Source of the DNA: a bacterium
GTDB taxonomy: Bacteria > Zhuqueibacterota > Zhuqueibacteria > Oceanimicrobiales > Oceanimicrobiaceae
Assembly: GCA_046757525.1 (NCBI GenBank)
Contig: JBHHYI010000058.1
Location: 1 to 22,976, forward strand
Direction: 5' to 3'
DNA: 22,976 nucleotides
The notes under the pieces were generated by a model, which made no database searches, was not told the DNA's origin, and saw only the letters and a program-made list of their open reading frames with translations. Positions 8,281 to 18,431 of the stretch are shown here, in pieces (within the stretch, counting starts at the first letter, position 1; each line of letters starts with the position of its first letter). Position numbers and translations under genes: made by a program.

Positions 8281-8982
8281 TCAAAAGTAGCGCGAGGCAG
8301 GATGGAGCAACTGCAACACCAGAGAAAAAACGTCTCCAAAAATGTAACCAAAGAATTTCCAGGCCAATACCAAACCCAAAAAGGAAAACGCAGGCTGATA
8401 AATGAATTGGCGAAACTTATGCGCCATCTCGTCGGACATGAGCAGGGTGATGACGCTGCTGCCGTCCAATGGCGGGAAAGGAAACAGATTAAAGATGAAC
8501 AGTATTAGATTGAGCATTAGGAGAATGCTCAACAGTTTGGCAGCGCCCTGCCAGACGCCTGGTTCAGCGGCCACCAGCGTCGAAATGCTCACCCTCAAAG
8601 GGGCGGAGAAAACATCCAGGGACAGCCCAATTTTAATCAGGACAAAAGCCGTGCTGGCAATCACCAGGTTGGCGGCCGGCCCGGCAGCAGCCATCCAGGC
8701 GGCTCTTCTGGGATGACTATCGGCCCAGGCAGGGCTATATGGCGCACTGGCCCAACCAATCATCCAGCCGCCCCAAATAAATGAAATCAACGGCACCACC
8801 ACGGTGCCCACCGGCGAGCGCTTAATGTGAGGAAATGGATTCAAAGTTACCTGTCCGCCCAGGTAGGCGGTCAAATCGCCGCCTTTCATGGCTGCCAGGG
8901 CGTGTGAAGCTTCGTGGGCAGTCACTGAGAATATGAAAGCAACATACCAGAGAATTAGATCGGCAAAATTTATGGGGCCCAT
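8281..8982 (-). CDS. Site-2 protease family (M50) intramembrane zinc metalloprotease
   Basis: HEASH (HExxH), GQVTLNPFPH, AAAGPAANL and FNLFPFPPLDG motifs; highly hydrophobic. Confidence 0.93.
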   Translation of the reverse strand: MGPINFADLILWYVAFIFSVTAHEASHALAAMKGGDLTAYLGGQVTLNPFPHIKRSPVGTVVVPLISFIWGGWMIGWASAPYSPAWADSHPRRAAWMAAAGPAANLVIASTAFVLIKIGLSLDVFSAPLRVSISTLVAAEPGVWQGAAKLLSILLMLNLILFIFNLFPFPPLDGSSVITLLMSDEMAHKFRQFIYQPAFSFLGLVLAWKFFGYIFGDVFSLVLQLLHPASRYF

Positions 8983-9297
8983 GTTCTTAAACTAATAGCA
9001 TTTCTTACTTCGACAAGATAATAAAACTATCATATAATCAAGATCCTACCTGTCATTTGTTCCCGCAGCAGTCTCGATGGGGATAAATATCCCGACTTAA
9101 TGTGCGTTCAGCATAGACATACTGAACGATCCATCTACGGCCTGAACTGTTACATTCTAAGAAATGAGTGTCGAAGCAGCGTCTTTGCTAAAAATCAAAA
9201 AGATTTCTACTGAATGACAGTTGCGGTAGATTATTTTTGACCGCAGGTAAAGTGAGAAATATTATTAAATTATTTAATTTTCTCCTAAAAGTCAATC

Positions 9298-9492
9298 CCT
9301 AATCGGACAAAACCGGAACCAAACAGAGAACCCATACCGAAAACCCATGACGCAGATTGCACGCATTTAACCGATCCGCACGGAATCAGTTCGTTGAATC
9401 TGTTGGGGAAACTGAACGGCGCATGAGCTGGTCAATTTCCACAAGAAGTAAATCCCCGTAAGACCGTTCAATCCCCGAAATCCGCGTGCCAT
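9298..9492. repeat. Degenerate intergenic repeat or MITE-like remnant
   Basis: CCTAATCGGACAAAACCGGAACCAAA is followed by imperfect short-period units (GACGCAGATT..CACGCATTT..CACGGAATC) and inverted counterparts (AATCCCCGT..AATCCCCG..AATCCGCGTG). Confidence 0.35.
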
Positions 9493-9729
9493 TTCTTTGA
9501 GGTATCGCCGCACCAGGAATTGAGCAGGTTAAAAAAATTATGACTGCAATCAAATTTTCGGGAACCTACTTTTTGTCAGAAGCGTTTTCTAATGTTGGAT
9601 TTCTTACCGAATTCTTTATTAATACCTTAACCAAGATTTATTGTTAAAATTCAGCATTAATAATTTATTTGCGAACTTGAAACTTGCATTTTTAGTGTAT
9701 GAATTTTAAGATTATTTGAGGAGCAGGAC

Positions 9730-10482
9730 ATGGCGACTACATCTGCAAAACCTATGATTGAAGCGCAGGGCCTGAGCAAATATTACGGTCCATTTGTTGC
9801 AGTCAAAGACATTTCGTTCACCATTCCCGAAGGCCAAATCGTTGCCTTCCTGGGACCAAACGGGGCTGGCAAATCCACGACTATGAAGATCCTGACTGGC
9901 TATCTGGCCCCCAGCGAAGGCAGCGCAGCCATAGCAGGCCTGGATATCAGAGAAAATCGATTGGAGGCCGCCAAACACCTGGGGTACTTGCCGGAAAACG
10001 GGCCGCTCTACCCGGACATGACACCCCTGGAACTGCTGCAATTCTTCGGCGAAGCGCGCGACCTCGATCCAGGTGCTCTGCGTAAACAAATTGAATCTGT
10101 CACCGAACAGTGTGACCTCCATGAAGTCCTCGAAAAACCCATCAACAAACTCTCGCGTGGATACAAGCAGCGCGTGGGTTTGGCCCAGGCGCTGCTGCAC
10201 GATCCGGACGTGTTGATCATGGACGAACCCACAGCCGGGCTGGACCCTAACCAGATTCGGGACTTTCGCAAAAACATCACGGAGTTGAGCAAAACCAAGA
10301 CCGTCTTGCTTTCCACACACATCTTACATGAAGTGGAGGCCGTGGCCAGTCGCGTGCTCTTTGTGCACGACGGTCGCCTGATCTTCGACGGTACACCGGA
10401 TGAATTGAAAGAAAATGGCTCTTTGGAAGAGCCCTTTTATAGACTCACCAGTGAACATTTTAACAATTCTCAAAAGAATTGA
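9730..10482 (+). CDS. ABC transporter ATP-binding protein (GldA-like)
   Basis: Walker [10 protein letters not shown], signature [15 protein letters not shown], Walker B LIMDEPT, H-loop STH; SD GAGGAG. Confidence 0.95.
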   Translation: MATTSAKPMIEAQGLSKYYGPFVAVKDISFTIPEGQIVAFLGPNGAGKSTTMKILTGYLAPSEGSAAIAGLDIRENRLEAAKHLGYLPENGPLYPDMTPLELLQFFGEARDLDPGALRKQIESVTEQCDLHEVLEKPINKLSRGYKQRVGLAQALLHDPDVLIMDEPTAGLDPNQIRDFRKNITELSKTKTVLLSTHILHEVEAVASRVLFVHDGRLIFDGTPDELKENGSLEEPFYRLTSEHFNNSQKN

Positions 10483-10538
10483 AAAACAATGAGGGAAGTG
10501 AATGTCACGACCCTCTGGTATCAGGAGGCGGAAAGTCT

Positions 10539-13241
10539 ATGAACGTAAAAATGAACCCAAAAATCAACATCAATTTCAAGGTCATTAGATCGATTGTCAA
10601 GCGCGACTTGCGCATGTACTTCAGCAACCCAACGGGGTATGTGTTCATTACCTTGTTCATCTTTTTAAGCGCGGCTGCTGCTTTCTGGCAGGAGCGCTTT
10701 TTCCTGAACAATCTGGCCAATCTTGACCAACTGAACAACCTCTTCCCTTTCTTATTATTGTTTTTTATTCCTGCCTTAACCATGAGCGTTTGGGCCGAGG
10801 AGAAGAAGCAGGGCACCGACGAGCTTCTTCTGACTTTGCCCGCCACCGACCTCGAAGTGGTGCTTGGGAAATACCTGGCCACGCTGAGCGTCTACACGGC
10901 TTCGCTGTTGTTGTCGCTCAGCCATGTGCTGGTTTTGTTTTGGCTGGGCAGTCCCGACTTAGGGCTCATGTTCGGAAATTACGTGGGCTACTGGCTCATC
11001 GGCGCAGCGCTCATTACGGTGGGCATGCTTGCCTCATTGCTGACTTCCAACATAACCATTGCTTTCATTCTTGGCGCCATCTTTTGTTCGTTTTTTGTGT
11101 TTATCGATTCTGCCGCGTTTGTGGTGAGTCAGAGTTTGCAAAGGTTTCTTGCGCCTCTGGGGGTTTCCGGACATTTTGGCGACTTTACCAAAGGCGTAAT
11201 CAGTTTCTCGGGGCTTTTGTACTTTCTCACCTTAGGCGCGACCATGCTCTATTTGAATGTCCTGCTCATCAGCAGGCGACATTGGCCGCTGGAGGCCGAC
11301 GGCTACAAGATGTGGATGCATCACACCGTGCGGGCCGTGGCCCTGGTGGTCGCGGTCATCAGCTTCAATGCCATTCTCGACCGCACCAGTTGGCGTCTGG
11401 ACGTGACCGCGGAACGAATGCATTCTTTGTCCTCTGAGACCAGTCGCCTGATCCAAGAGATCCCAGCGGATCGACCGGTATTCCTCCAGGCCTACCTGAG
11501 CAAGGATGTGCCGCAACAATACGTTGCCACGCGGGCAAACCTGATTGCCATTTTGCAGGAACTGGACGCCATCGGTGGGAATCGGGTCGAAGTCTGGATT
11601 CACGACACCGAACCCTTCACCGATGAGGCCCGTGAAGCCCGGGAAAAATTTGGCATCCTGCCAAAAGAAATTCCGAACCCGGGCAGCGCGCGCACCAGTA
11701 TCGTCCAGGTCTTCCTGGGCGTAGCCTTCACCTGCGGCGCGGAAGAACAGGTCATCCCCTTCTTCGACCGCGGCCTGCCTGTTGAATACGAGTTGACCCG
11801 CAGCATTCGAGTCGTGGCCAAAACCGACCGCAAGAAGATTGGAATTCTGAACACCGCGGCAAAAATCAACGGCGGCTTCGACTTCACCAGCTTTCGCAGC
11901 AATCCACCCTGGCCAATCATCAATGAGTTGAAAAAACAATATGAAGTCGTACAAATTTCTGCTACGGACAGCATCACCGAACAATTGGACGGCCTCCTGG
12001 TGGCGCTGCCGTCTTCCCTGCCGCAAGCAGAAATGGACCACCTGTTGCAGTATATCGAGGCGGGTCATCCCACCCTGCTTCTGATCGATCCCCTGCCGGT
12101 GACGGACATCGCCCTCTCCCCTTCCGAGAAAAGCGGCGCCAACCAGAACCCATTTCAAAGAAATCAGGGGCCGCCGCCAAAACCGAAAGGCAACATCCGC
12201 CAGCTCCTGTTCAAATTGGGGGTTACCTGGAATCCAACTCAGATCGTGTGGGATGCTTACAACCCGCATCCGGATTTGGCACACCTGCCCAAAGAGTTTG
12301 TGTTTGTGGGTAAGGGCAATAGGAACCCGGAAGCCTTCAATAATGAAAACAAAGCCAGTGCCGGCTTACAAGAAGTGGTTTTTCTTTTTCCGGGGTCAAT
12401 TAACAAAGCAGCCTCCCCCTACGATTTTCAACCGCTGATCAAATCAGGGCGCATCTCCGGCAGCCTCAATTACAGCCAGATGGTGCAGCGTAGTTTCTTC
12501 GGCGCGCAATTGGTGACCCGGGGCCTGCGGCATCGACCCAACACTTTGGATTACACCTTAGCCGCACAAGTCAAAGGCAGCGTGGTGCAACAAGACTCGA
12601 CTCAGCAAGATTCAACCCAAGATGCCAAGCAGGTCAACCTGATTGTAATCGCGGACCTGGATTTTATCTCACAGGAATTTTTCCAAATTCGTAATCAAGC
12701 CATTGGCAACTTGAACTTCGACAACATCAGCTTTTTCCTCAACTGCATGGACGTTCTCGTGGGCGATGAATCGTTTATCACCCTGAGAGACAAACGGGTC
12801 AAACACCGAACCCTGGAAACCGTGGAAGAACAGACCCAGAAATTCGTACAGAAGCGCGCCGAGGAAGAGCAGCAGGCCGAAGCGGAGGCGCAACGAGAAC
12901 TGGCGGAAGCCCAGCAACGCTTGAACGAAAAGGTCAGCGAAGTTCGACAACGAACCGATGTGGACGAGCAGACCAAAAAAATCATGGCGCGCAATATCCA
13001 GGAAGTGGAATCACGACGCTTTGAAGCGTTGAAAACGAACATCGAGGCTCAAAAGGACATCAAAATTCAGCGCAGCAAGGAGAATATGGAAGCGCAGATT
13101 CGCAACATTGAAAGCAACATCAAAACATTCGCCGTGCTGCTGCCGCCAATCCCGGTCTTTGCATTTGGCGTCTTGATTTTTGTACGGCGTCAAAAGCGCG
13201 AAAAAGAAGGGGCCGCTGCGGCCAGAAGACTGCGCAGTTAA
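10539..13241 (+). CDS. Fused ABC-2 permease (GldF-like) and GldG/GIFT-domain protein
   Basis: Start ATG 10539 after AGGAGG. Permease motifs [17 protein letters not shown] and VVLGKYLA, then [30 protein letters not shown] and [22 protein letters not shown], a coiled coil and a C-terminal TM helix. Confidence 0.92.
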   Translation: MNVKMNPKININFKVIRSIVKRDLRMYFSNPTGYVFITLFIFLSAAAAFWQERFFLNNLANLDQLNNLFPFLLLFFIPALTMSVWAEEKKQGTDELLLTLPATDLEVVLGKYLATLSVYTASLLLSLSHVLVLFWLGSPDLGLMFGNYVGYWLIGAALITVGMLASLLTSNITIAFILGAIFCSFFVFIDSAAFVVSQSLQRFLAPLGVSGHFGDFTKGVISFSGLLYFLTLGATMLYLNVLLISRRHWPLEADGYKMWMHHTVRAVALVVAVISFNAILDRTSWRLDVTAERMHSLSSETSRLIQEIPADRPVFLQAYLSKDVPQQYVATRANLIAILQELDAIGGNRVEVWIHDTEPFTDEAREAREKFGILPKEIPNPGSARTSIVQVFLGVAFTCGAEEQVIPFFDRGLPVEYELTRSIRVVAKTDRKKIGILNTAAKINGGFDFTSFRSNPPWPIINELKKQYEVVQISATDSITEQLDGLLVALPSSLPQAEMDHLLQYIEAGHPTLLLIDPLPVTDIALSPSEKSGANQNPFQRNQGPPPKPKGNIRQLLFKLGVTWNPTQIVWDAYNPHPDLAHLPKEFVFVGKGNRNPEAFNNENKASAGLQEVVFLFPGSINKAASPYDFQPLIKSGRISGSLNYSQMVQRSFFGAQLVTRGLRHRPNTLDYTLAAQVKGSVVQQDSTQQDSTQDAKQVNLIVIADLDFISQEFFQIRNQAIGNLNFDNISFFLNCMDVLVGDESFITLRDKRVKHRTLETVEEQTQKFVQKRAEEEQQAEAEAQRELAEAQQRLNEKVSEVRQRTDVDEQTKKIMARNIQEVESRRFEALKTNIEAQKDIKIQRSKENMEAQIRNIESNIKTFAVLLPPIPVFAFGVLIFVRRQKREKEGAAAARRLRS

Positions 13242-13287
13242 ACGCACGATTCAATTGAATTTCCAAAAGGTTCAAAGGAGTTAAGTT

Positions 13288-14658
13288 ATGAACGAAACCA
13301 AAAAGACCTTGATATTCGGAGGGGCTGCTGTGGCGCTGGCTTTGCTGGCCTTCATCACTGCGCCCAAAAGAGTGACCCCCGGCGCGTTTTTGGACAAAGG
13401 AGAACTTTTCTTCCCTGATTTCACCGACCCCAACACTGCCACAACGCTGGAAGTGATCGATTACGATGAAGAAACCGGAGCGGCAAAGCCGTTCAAGGTG
13501 ACTTTCAAAGACGGCCGATGGACCATCCCGTCGCACCACGATTATCCGGCCGACGGTAAGGATCGCCTGGCCAAGACAGCCGCCGGCGTCTTAGTACTAA
13601 GAAAGGATGATTTTCGCTCCGATAACGTGTCGGATTACGAGGCCTGTGGCGTCATCGATCCGTTGGATGAAACCTCTGCTGCGCTGAAAGGTCGAGGCAA
13701 ACGCGTCATCATTAAAGGAAAAAACGATCAGGTGCTGGCCGACATCATCATCGGCAAGAAAATTGAAGGTCGCGACAAATTCCGTTTTGTGCGCATCCCG
13801 GACCAGAAACGCATTTATGCGGCGCGCGTGGACCTGAACATTTCCACCGAGTTCAGCGACTGGATTGAAAAAGACCTTTTAGAAATCAACAAAGACGACA
13901 TCAAACAAGTGGTGTTAAAGGACTACTCGATCAACGAAGCAACGGGCACGGTCAATCAGCGCGATGTTTTGATCCTGGATAAGAAAGACGACGTTTGGAA
14001 AGCCAATCGGATGGCTGCCAACCAGGAAGTCGACCAGACCAAAATGAGCAGTTTGCTCTCTGCCCTGGACAACTTGTCCATCGTGGGGGTACGTCCTAAA
14101 CCGGGCGGTTTGTCCCGGAGTTTACGCAAAGAAAGCAATGGCATCAGCATCACGCAGCAAGCTGTGCTTTCGCTGCAAAGCAAGGGGTATTATTTTACCC
14201 GCGACGGTCAGTTGCTTTCAAACGAAGGGGAGCTCAAGGCGCGCACCAAAGATGGCGTGACTTACACGCTGCGATTTGGCGAAATCGTCTACGGCAGCGG
14301 CGAGGCGGTGACCGCCGGCACAGAAACAGACGGCAACAAAAAGAGTGGCCCGGGCGAAAACCGCTATCTGTTTATCACCACGGACTTCGATGCGACCCAG
14401 TTTAAAGAACCCAGCAAGCCTAAAAACACCGATTTTGCCAACAAACCCGACAGCTTGTGGACCGACGCCGACCGCAAGAACAAAGAATTACAAAACGAGC
14501 ACGACAAATGGCAAGAGAAGATCGACAAGGGGCAAAAGATTTCTGACGACCTCAACGCCCGCTTTGCCAGGTGGTACTACGTGATTTCTGCTAAGAGCTT
14601 CGACAAACTGCACCTGAAGCGCAAAGAGTTGATGAAGAAGAAAGAGAAAACAACCTGA
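13288..14658 (+). CDS. DUF4340-domain protein of the Gld-like ABC operon
   Basis: N-terminal membrane anchor and W.I....YPAD motif; usual position downstream of a GldG-like gene; SD AAGGAG. Confidence 0.82.
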   Translation: MNETKKTLIFGGAAVALALLAFITAPKRVTPGAFLDKGELFFPDFTDPNTATTLEVIDYDEETGAAKPFKVTFKDGRWTIPSHHDYPADGKDRLAKTAAGVLVLRKDDFRSDNVSDYEACGVIDPLDETSAALKGRGKRVIIKGKNDQVLADIIIGKKIEGRDKFRFVRIPDQKRIYAARVDLNISTEFSDWIEKDLLEINKDDIKQVVLKDYSINEATGTVNQRDVLILDKKDDVWKANRMAANQEVDQTKMSSLLSALDNLSIVGVRPKPGGLSRSLRKESNGISITQQAVLSLQSKGYYFTRDGQLLSNEGELKARTKDGVTYTLRFGEIVYGSGEAVTAGTETDGNKKSGPGENRYLFITTDFDATQFKEPSKPKNTDFANKPDSLWTDADRKNKELQNEHDKWQEKIDKGQKISDDLNARFARWYYVISAKSFDKLHLKRKELMKKKEKTT

Positions 14659-14676
14659 CCGAATATCAGCCGAACC

Positions 14677-14711
14677 AAACCCCGGGCGCTCAGAGACCCC
14701 GGGGTTTTTTG
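14677..14711 (+). terminator. Rho-independent terminator of the ABC operon
   Basis: AAACCCCGGG-loop-CCCGGGGTTTTTT immediately after the stop codon. Confidence 0.88.
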
Positions 14712-14837
14712 TTAAGCCACTGCCCTACTCTGGAATCGACTTACCTACGAACGCAGAAAACTCCCCCAAAAATGGGCCAACATCTGCATCAAATGTCTCC
14801 TTCGTTGCTTCAAGTTTCCTTGTCATTTAAATAGCTC

Positions 14838-14866
14838 TTGTAAACTCAGAGCGTTTTTTGTATATT
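14838..14866 (+). promoter_or_regulatory. Sigma70-type promoter facing the cassette (Pc-like)
   Basis: TTGTAA (14838-14843), 17-nt spacer, TATATT (14861-14866). Confidence 0.5.
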
Positions 14867-14994
14867 TTTGTTGGACCCTATTGCGGAAATGCTTTTGATT
14901 CTGAAGAAGATTTTCATGGTTGGATATAGAGTGGTTTTGGCATTCGGTTATGATGAGCGAGTTTCTGAATACCATTACTTGTTGAATGGTAGAG

Positions 14995-15020
14995 AGAAGC
15001 TATGTACTAAGTGGTTAGAC
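14995..15020 (+). other. attI-like integron recombination site (core G/TTAGAC at 15014-15020)
   Basis: GTTAGACAA (15014-15022) is the exact reverse complement of TTGTCTAAC (16588-16596) at the start of the downstream attC. No attC hairpin precedes it. Confidence 0.6.
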
Positions 15021-16714
15021 AATAGAATTAAGTATCAGAATGGAATCATTCCATAACAAATTGGGATTCTCAACAAACCCATTCGCGTTCACAAATGCAG
15101 ATGAAGAAGAATTGCTTAGCGATTACTTTGTTCCTCCCCCATTTTTTGATGCGGTAGTCGGTGATATTAATTCTCCAAATTCCACGGTAGTTCTTGCTCC
15201 AAGAGGCGGCGGCAAATCAGCACAGAGAAGGATGATGGAAATATGGTCACAAGATCATCCTGTACTCGCTGTTACCTATGATAGATTTGAATTCGGTGTT
15301 GGGCAAAAGATTACTGATATTGGGCTACCTTATCACATTCGAAATATTATAACAAGAATCTTGCTCACTCTGCTAACTGTCTGTTCTGATAAACCCGAAG
15401 TATTGAAGAGTTTAGAAGCAAACAAAAAGAAAAACCTGTCGATTCTTTGTCACAACTACCTAGGCAAAATGACAGGGCAATCTGTAAGTGAAGCAATGGC
15501 TTCCATCAAATCTATCCCGGAGAGAATTAAAGAGTTCTGGAGCAAAAATGTTGGATTTCTTGAGCCAGTAATAAACATCATTTTAAAGCATTTTGACATT
15601 GAATCCATCGATTTGCCAGAACTCAAACAAGAAGAGAAAAAGCTCGAAAGCACATATAAATATCAACTTGAACTCATCAGAGAAATAGTGAATGATTTAG
15701 GTTACAAGGCCATTTACCATATTAGTGGACAAAGTTGATGAAACAGAGTTGACCGGGAACGATTCGGAAAAAACCTATAAGCTAATAGAGCCATTGTTAA
15801 GAGACCTAGACATTCTGGGTCTTAAAGGATATGGTTTTAAATTTTTTCTCTGGGACAAGATTTACTCTTATTATTTAAAAGCTGCTCGACCGGATAGAGT
15901 ACCACAGTTTTCTCTGAAATGGTCTCGAAGAGAACTGGAAAAAATGCTCTCAAAAAGACTAATTGCTTTTTCAGAGTCACAAGTGCAGCATTTTTACCAG
16001 GTTTTTGAAGATCAAACAGATTTGAAACCGGATTTTGTGGTATCTATTCTCGGCTGGCTGTCACCAAGAAATGTAATCCGATTTTGTGACAAAACGATAT
16101 CCCATCAATTACAACTCGACACCCAATCAAACCATATTACCTTTAAAGCGTTAGACCAAGCCAGTATTAGTTTTTCAAATGAGGTTTCAAAAGAACTGTA
16201 TGGAGAAGATATTCTGCGAGATTTAAAGCGATGTGGTCGTGATCTATTTACTGTAAATTATTTGGCTAATGATGTATTTAAAACTTCACATCAAAATACG
16301 AGTAGAAATAAAATCACCGAGTGGATCAAAAGTGGTGCAGTCAAACAAGTTGGTAGTACGCAAGTGGCTGGATCCAAGAAACCTTCTAATTTATACCATG
16401 TTTTGGATCCTAGAATCAAAAGGCTAATACATCAGACAATTCCATTGGCTCGATTTATTCACAATAACTGGGTAGATTGCAAGCATTGCAATGCAGATAT
16501 TCTGATCGATTTATCGAACCTCATAGATGGTGATGAAGTATTGTGTTGGAATTGTGATAGACCAATACTCTCGTAAAGATGGGCAGTTTGTCTAACATTT
16601 TGCTGCTGCTGACACGCGGGGCCCGTGCTGCTAATTTCGTTTTGTAGTAGTGCTGAGTCTTGTGCCGTTACCAAAGTCCGTGCTGAAACTCCCGCGTGCA
16701 GTAGAGCAAGAGCG
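15015..16714 (+). mobile_element. Integron gene cassette carrying the P-loop ATPase gene
   Basis: Bounded by G/TTAGAC and the attC crossover G/TTACCC; a single promoterless ORF starts 25 nt after the crossover; AT-rich. Confidence 0.8.
15040..16576 (+). pseudogene. P-loop ATPase (STAND-like/Sll1717-like) with winged helix and C-terminal Zn ribbon, frameshifted at 15717-15718
   Basis: Removing one C from TACCATATTA joins the two track ORFs into 511 aa and restores Walker B AIYILVDKVDE. Walker A VVLAPRGGGKS, SPRNVI motif, C-terminal CKHC-x18-CWNC. Confidence 0.8.
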
Positions 16715-16720
16715 TTACCC
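16590..16720 (+). other. attC site (131 bp)
   Basis: R'' is GTCTAAC (16590-16596). Arm TGCTgCTGCTGaCACGCGGG pairs with CCCGCGTGCAGTAGAGCA, leaving two extrahelical bases (16605, 16612). R' is GTTACCC (16714-16720). Begins 14 nt after the stop codon. Confidence 0.88.
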
Positions 16721-16747
16721 GTAATGAAGTAAGGTAATAACAATTTG

Positions 16748-16792
16748 TTGCATTTCGAGGACCATTTGGATATATTGTATATATGATATATC
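16748..16792 (+). promoter_or_regulatory. Toxin-antitoxin promoter with overlapping palindromic operator
   Basis: TTGCAT-N17-TATATT (16748-16776), overlapped by the imperfect palindrome GATATATTGTATATATGATATATC (16769-16792). Confidence 0.65.
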
Positions 16793-16810
16793 AGACTTGG
16801 GAGATATCTT

Positions 16811-17059
16811 ATGACTACACAAATGATCATTCGTTTGGATTCTGAGACAAAAACTAAGCTGGCGAAACTTGCACATGCTGAGGGCAAAAATACCAGTCAA
16901 GTTGTCAGAGAGCTCATTGAAGATTATATACAAAATCGTGATATGGGGTCCTACATTGACGATTTGTGGGATAGAGTTGGAAAAAAACTGAAAGCTCGAA
17001 ATGTCGGAAGTAGGGAAATTGAACGTGCCATCTGTAATAGTAGAGCATCTAAAGACTGA
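16811..17059 (+). CDS. Ribbon-helix-helix (CopG-like) antitoxin
   Basis: QMIIRLDSETKTKLAKLAHAEGKNTSQVVRELIEDYI is an RHH pattern; SD GGAGA; overlaps the start of the PIN gene. Confidence 0.85.
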   Translation: MTTQMIIRLDSETKTKLAKLAHAEGKNTSQVVRELIEDYIQNRDMGSYIDDLWDRVGKKLKARNVGSREIERAICNSRASKD

Positions 17060-17458
17060 GAGTGGTACTCGATACGAACGTATTCATTTCGTCGTTTATA
17101 GGAACTGAAAGCCCGCGTAAGATAATCGACTTCTGGAAAGAAGGAAAAATCACAATTTGCCTTCCAAAAGAAATCCTCGATGAACACGTTGAAGTTCTTT
17201 GAACGATTGGGGTTGAGTGGCGAAAGAGAAGTTGGAGAAATTCTCCAATTGTTTGCCCGTAATTTTCATTCATTATTTACAGCCAAAACGCCTAATCTAA
17301 AAATTGTGGAGAGCGACCCCGATGATAATAAATTCTTTGAATGTGCTGTCGCCCTAAAGGCCCAAACCATTGTTTCAGGCGATAAAGCAGTTCTTAAGGT
17401 CAAAAATTATACGGGAATAAAAGTACTCAGCCTAAAACAATTTATAGAAAAACTCTGA
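17056..17458 (+). pseudogene. PIN-domain (VapC-like) toxin, frameshifted
   Basis: From 17056 the frame reads (CTG)RVVLDTNVFISS...EILDEHVEVL-stop. Removing one T at 17198-17200 joins it to ...DPDDNKFFECAVALKAQTIVSGDK (133 aa total). The expected ATGA overlap reads CTGA; GTG at 17062 is a possible alternative start. Confidence 0.85.
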
Positions 17459-17649
17459 GCTTAGAAATACTCCAACCTACTAAAACATTGGTAGCCAATC
17501 CGGGTCGCAAAGGGTTAGTGCAGAGGCAAAAATGTTGGCTTTACCGCAGCGCTCGTAATTATGTCGTGGGCGATGATTCTATCTTAAAGGTAGAGCTGTT
17601 ACGGTTACTATGAGTTCATGCGGGAATACAATTCCTTATTCATTGCTTC

Positions 17650-17706
17650 CGCGGGGGGATCCCCTGGCGGGCAGTGCAGGTGGACCACAAATCCCCCGCG
17701 AGCGTG
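17650..17706. repeat. GC-rich palindromic repeat, inverted copy of 20135-20187
   Basis: CGCGGGGGGAT...ATCCCCCGCG hairpin; its reverse complement matches 20135-20187 at 15/17 and 19/22 terminal bases. Confidence 0.65.
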
Positions 17707-17725
17707 GTGCCCTCGCTACGCCCGG

Positions 17726-17788
17726 GCAGAACCAGGCACTCGAACCGATGCCGCCAGCGGGAGGCGACCGCTCAACGCCGCATTAGGT
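17726..17788 (+). other. Degenerate attC-like site
   Basis: GCAGAAC-caggc-ACTCGAACCGA...CCGCTCAACGCCGC-ATTAGGT: attC-like layout, but the core reads ATT instead of GTT and pairing is poor. Confidence 0.35.
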
Positions 17789-17849
17789 TTTTGCTCAATC
17801 AAAAAGACAAAATAATTCAGTTGAACACTTTTAAGAGGAAATACATTTC

Positions 17850-18371
17850 ATGGCTAAGGTGAAGAAATCAGAAAAAGTCCCGCAACAGATGCAATCTATA
17901 TTTGATAGTATCGTAACACTCACAGATGAATTTTGTCAAAACCATCTGAATGAGGAGTATAAACAATTAACTCGATTTGCCACTGCGGCTTTATGTCGCA
18001 AACGTCCGTCTCCTGTGTTGAGAGGGAGTGCGAACAGTTGGGCTTGTGGTATTATTTATGCTTTGGGTTTTGTCAGTTTTTTGTTTGATAAAGGCACTGA
18101 ACCTTATATGAGCGCCGTTGAATTATGTGAAGGATTCGGCGTAAGCAAAAGTACAGGGGCTACCAAATCTAAAGCGGTACGGGATATTTTAGATTTTAGC
18201 CAATTAGACCCTGAGTGGTGTTTGCCCAGCATGTTGGATGACAACCCATTGGCATGGTATATTTTGGTTGATAATTTCGCTGTGGATGCTCGTACATTAC
18301 CACGTGAGATACAAGAGATAGCCTATCAAAAGGGTTTAATTCCCTATATACCGAAGGATAAGGAAGCATAA
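17850..18371 (+). CDS. DUF6398-like protein
   Basis: Recognised pattern TDEFCQNHLNEEY...LCRKRPSP..RG....WACGIIYALG...FLFD and DARTLPREIQEIAYQKGLIPYIP; SD AGAGGA. Confidence 0.75.
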   Translation: MAKVKKSEKVPQQMQSIFDSIVTLTDEFCQNHLNEEYKQLTRFATAALCRKRPSPVLRGSANSWACGIIYALGFVSFLFDKGTEPYMSAVELCEGFGVSKSTGATKSKAVRDILDFSQLDPEWCLPSMLDDNPLAWYILVDNFAVDARTLPREIQEIAYQKGLIPYIPKDKEA

Positions 18372-18431
18372 AGATTCGATTTTCTTTTTGTGTTTGAAGA
18401 CTGCAACATTCAAAGAAAGGAGAAAAAATCA

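Noticed and set aside
12586..12623. [12 protein letters not shown] repeat in the GldG-like protein
   Set aside because: A short degenerate linker duplication with synonymous divergence; no sign of phase variation.
9712..13539. Long antisense and alternative-frame ORFs over the ABC operon (e.g. 9712-10320, 11232-12284, 10790-11437)
   Set aside because: Codon-bias shadows of well-supported plus-strand genes.
9730..14658. Gliding motility function or novelty for the Gld-like operon
   Set aside because: This ABC/GldG/DUF4340 arrangement is widespread outside gliding bacteria, and no other gld or T9SS genes are in the window.
14868..15056. 62-aa ORF upstream of the ATPase
   Set aside because: TTG start without SD, and it runs across the promoter/attI-like region, so it is most likely spurious.
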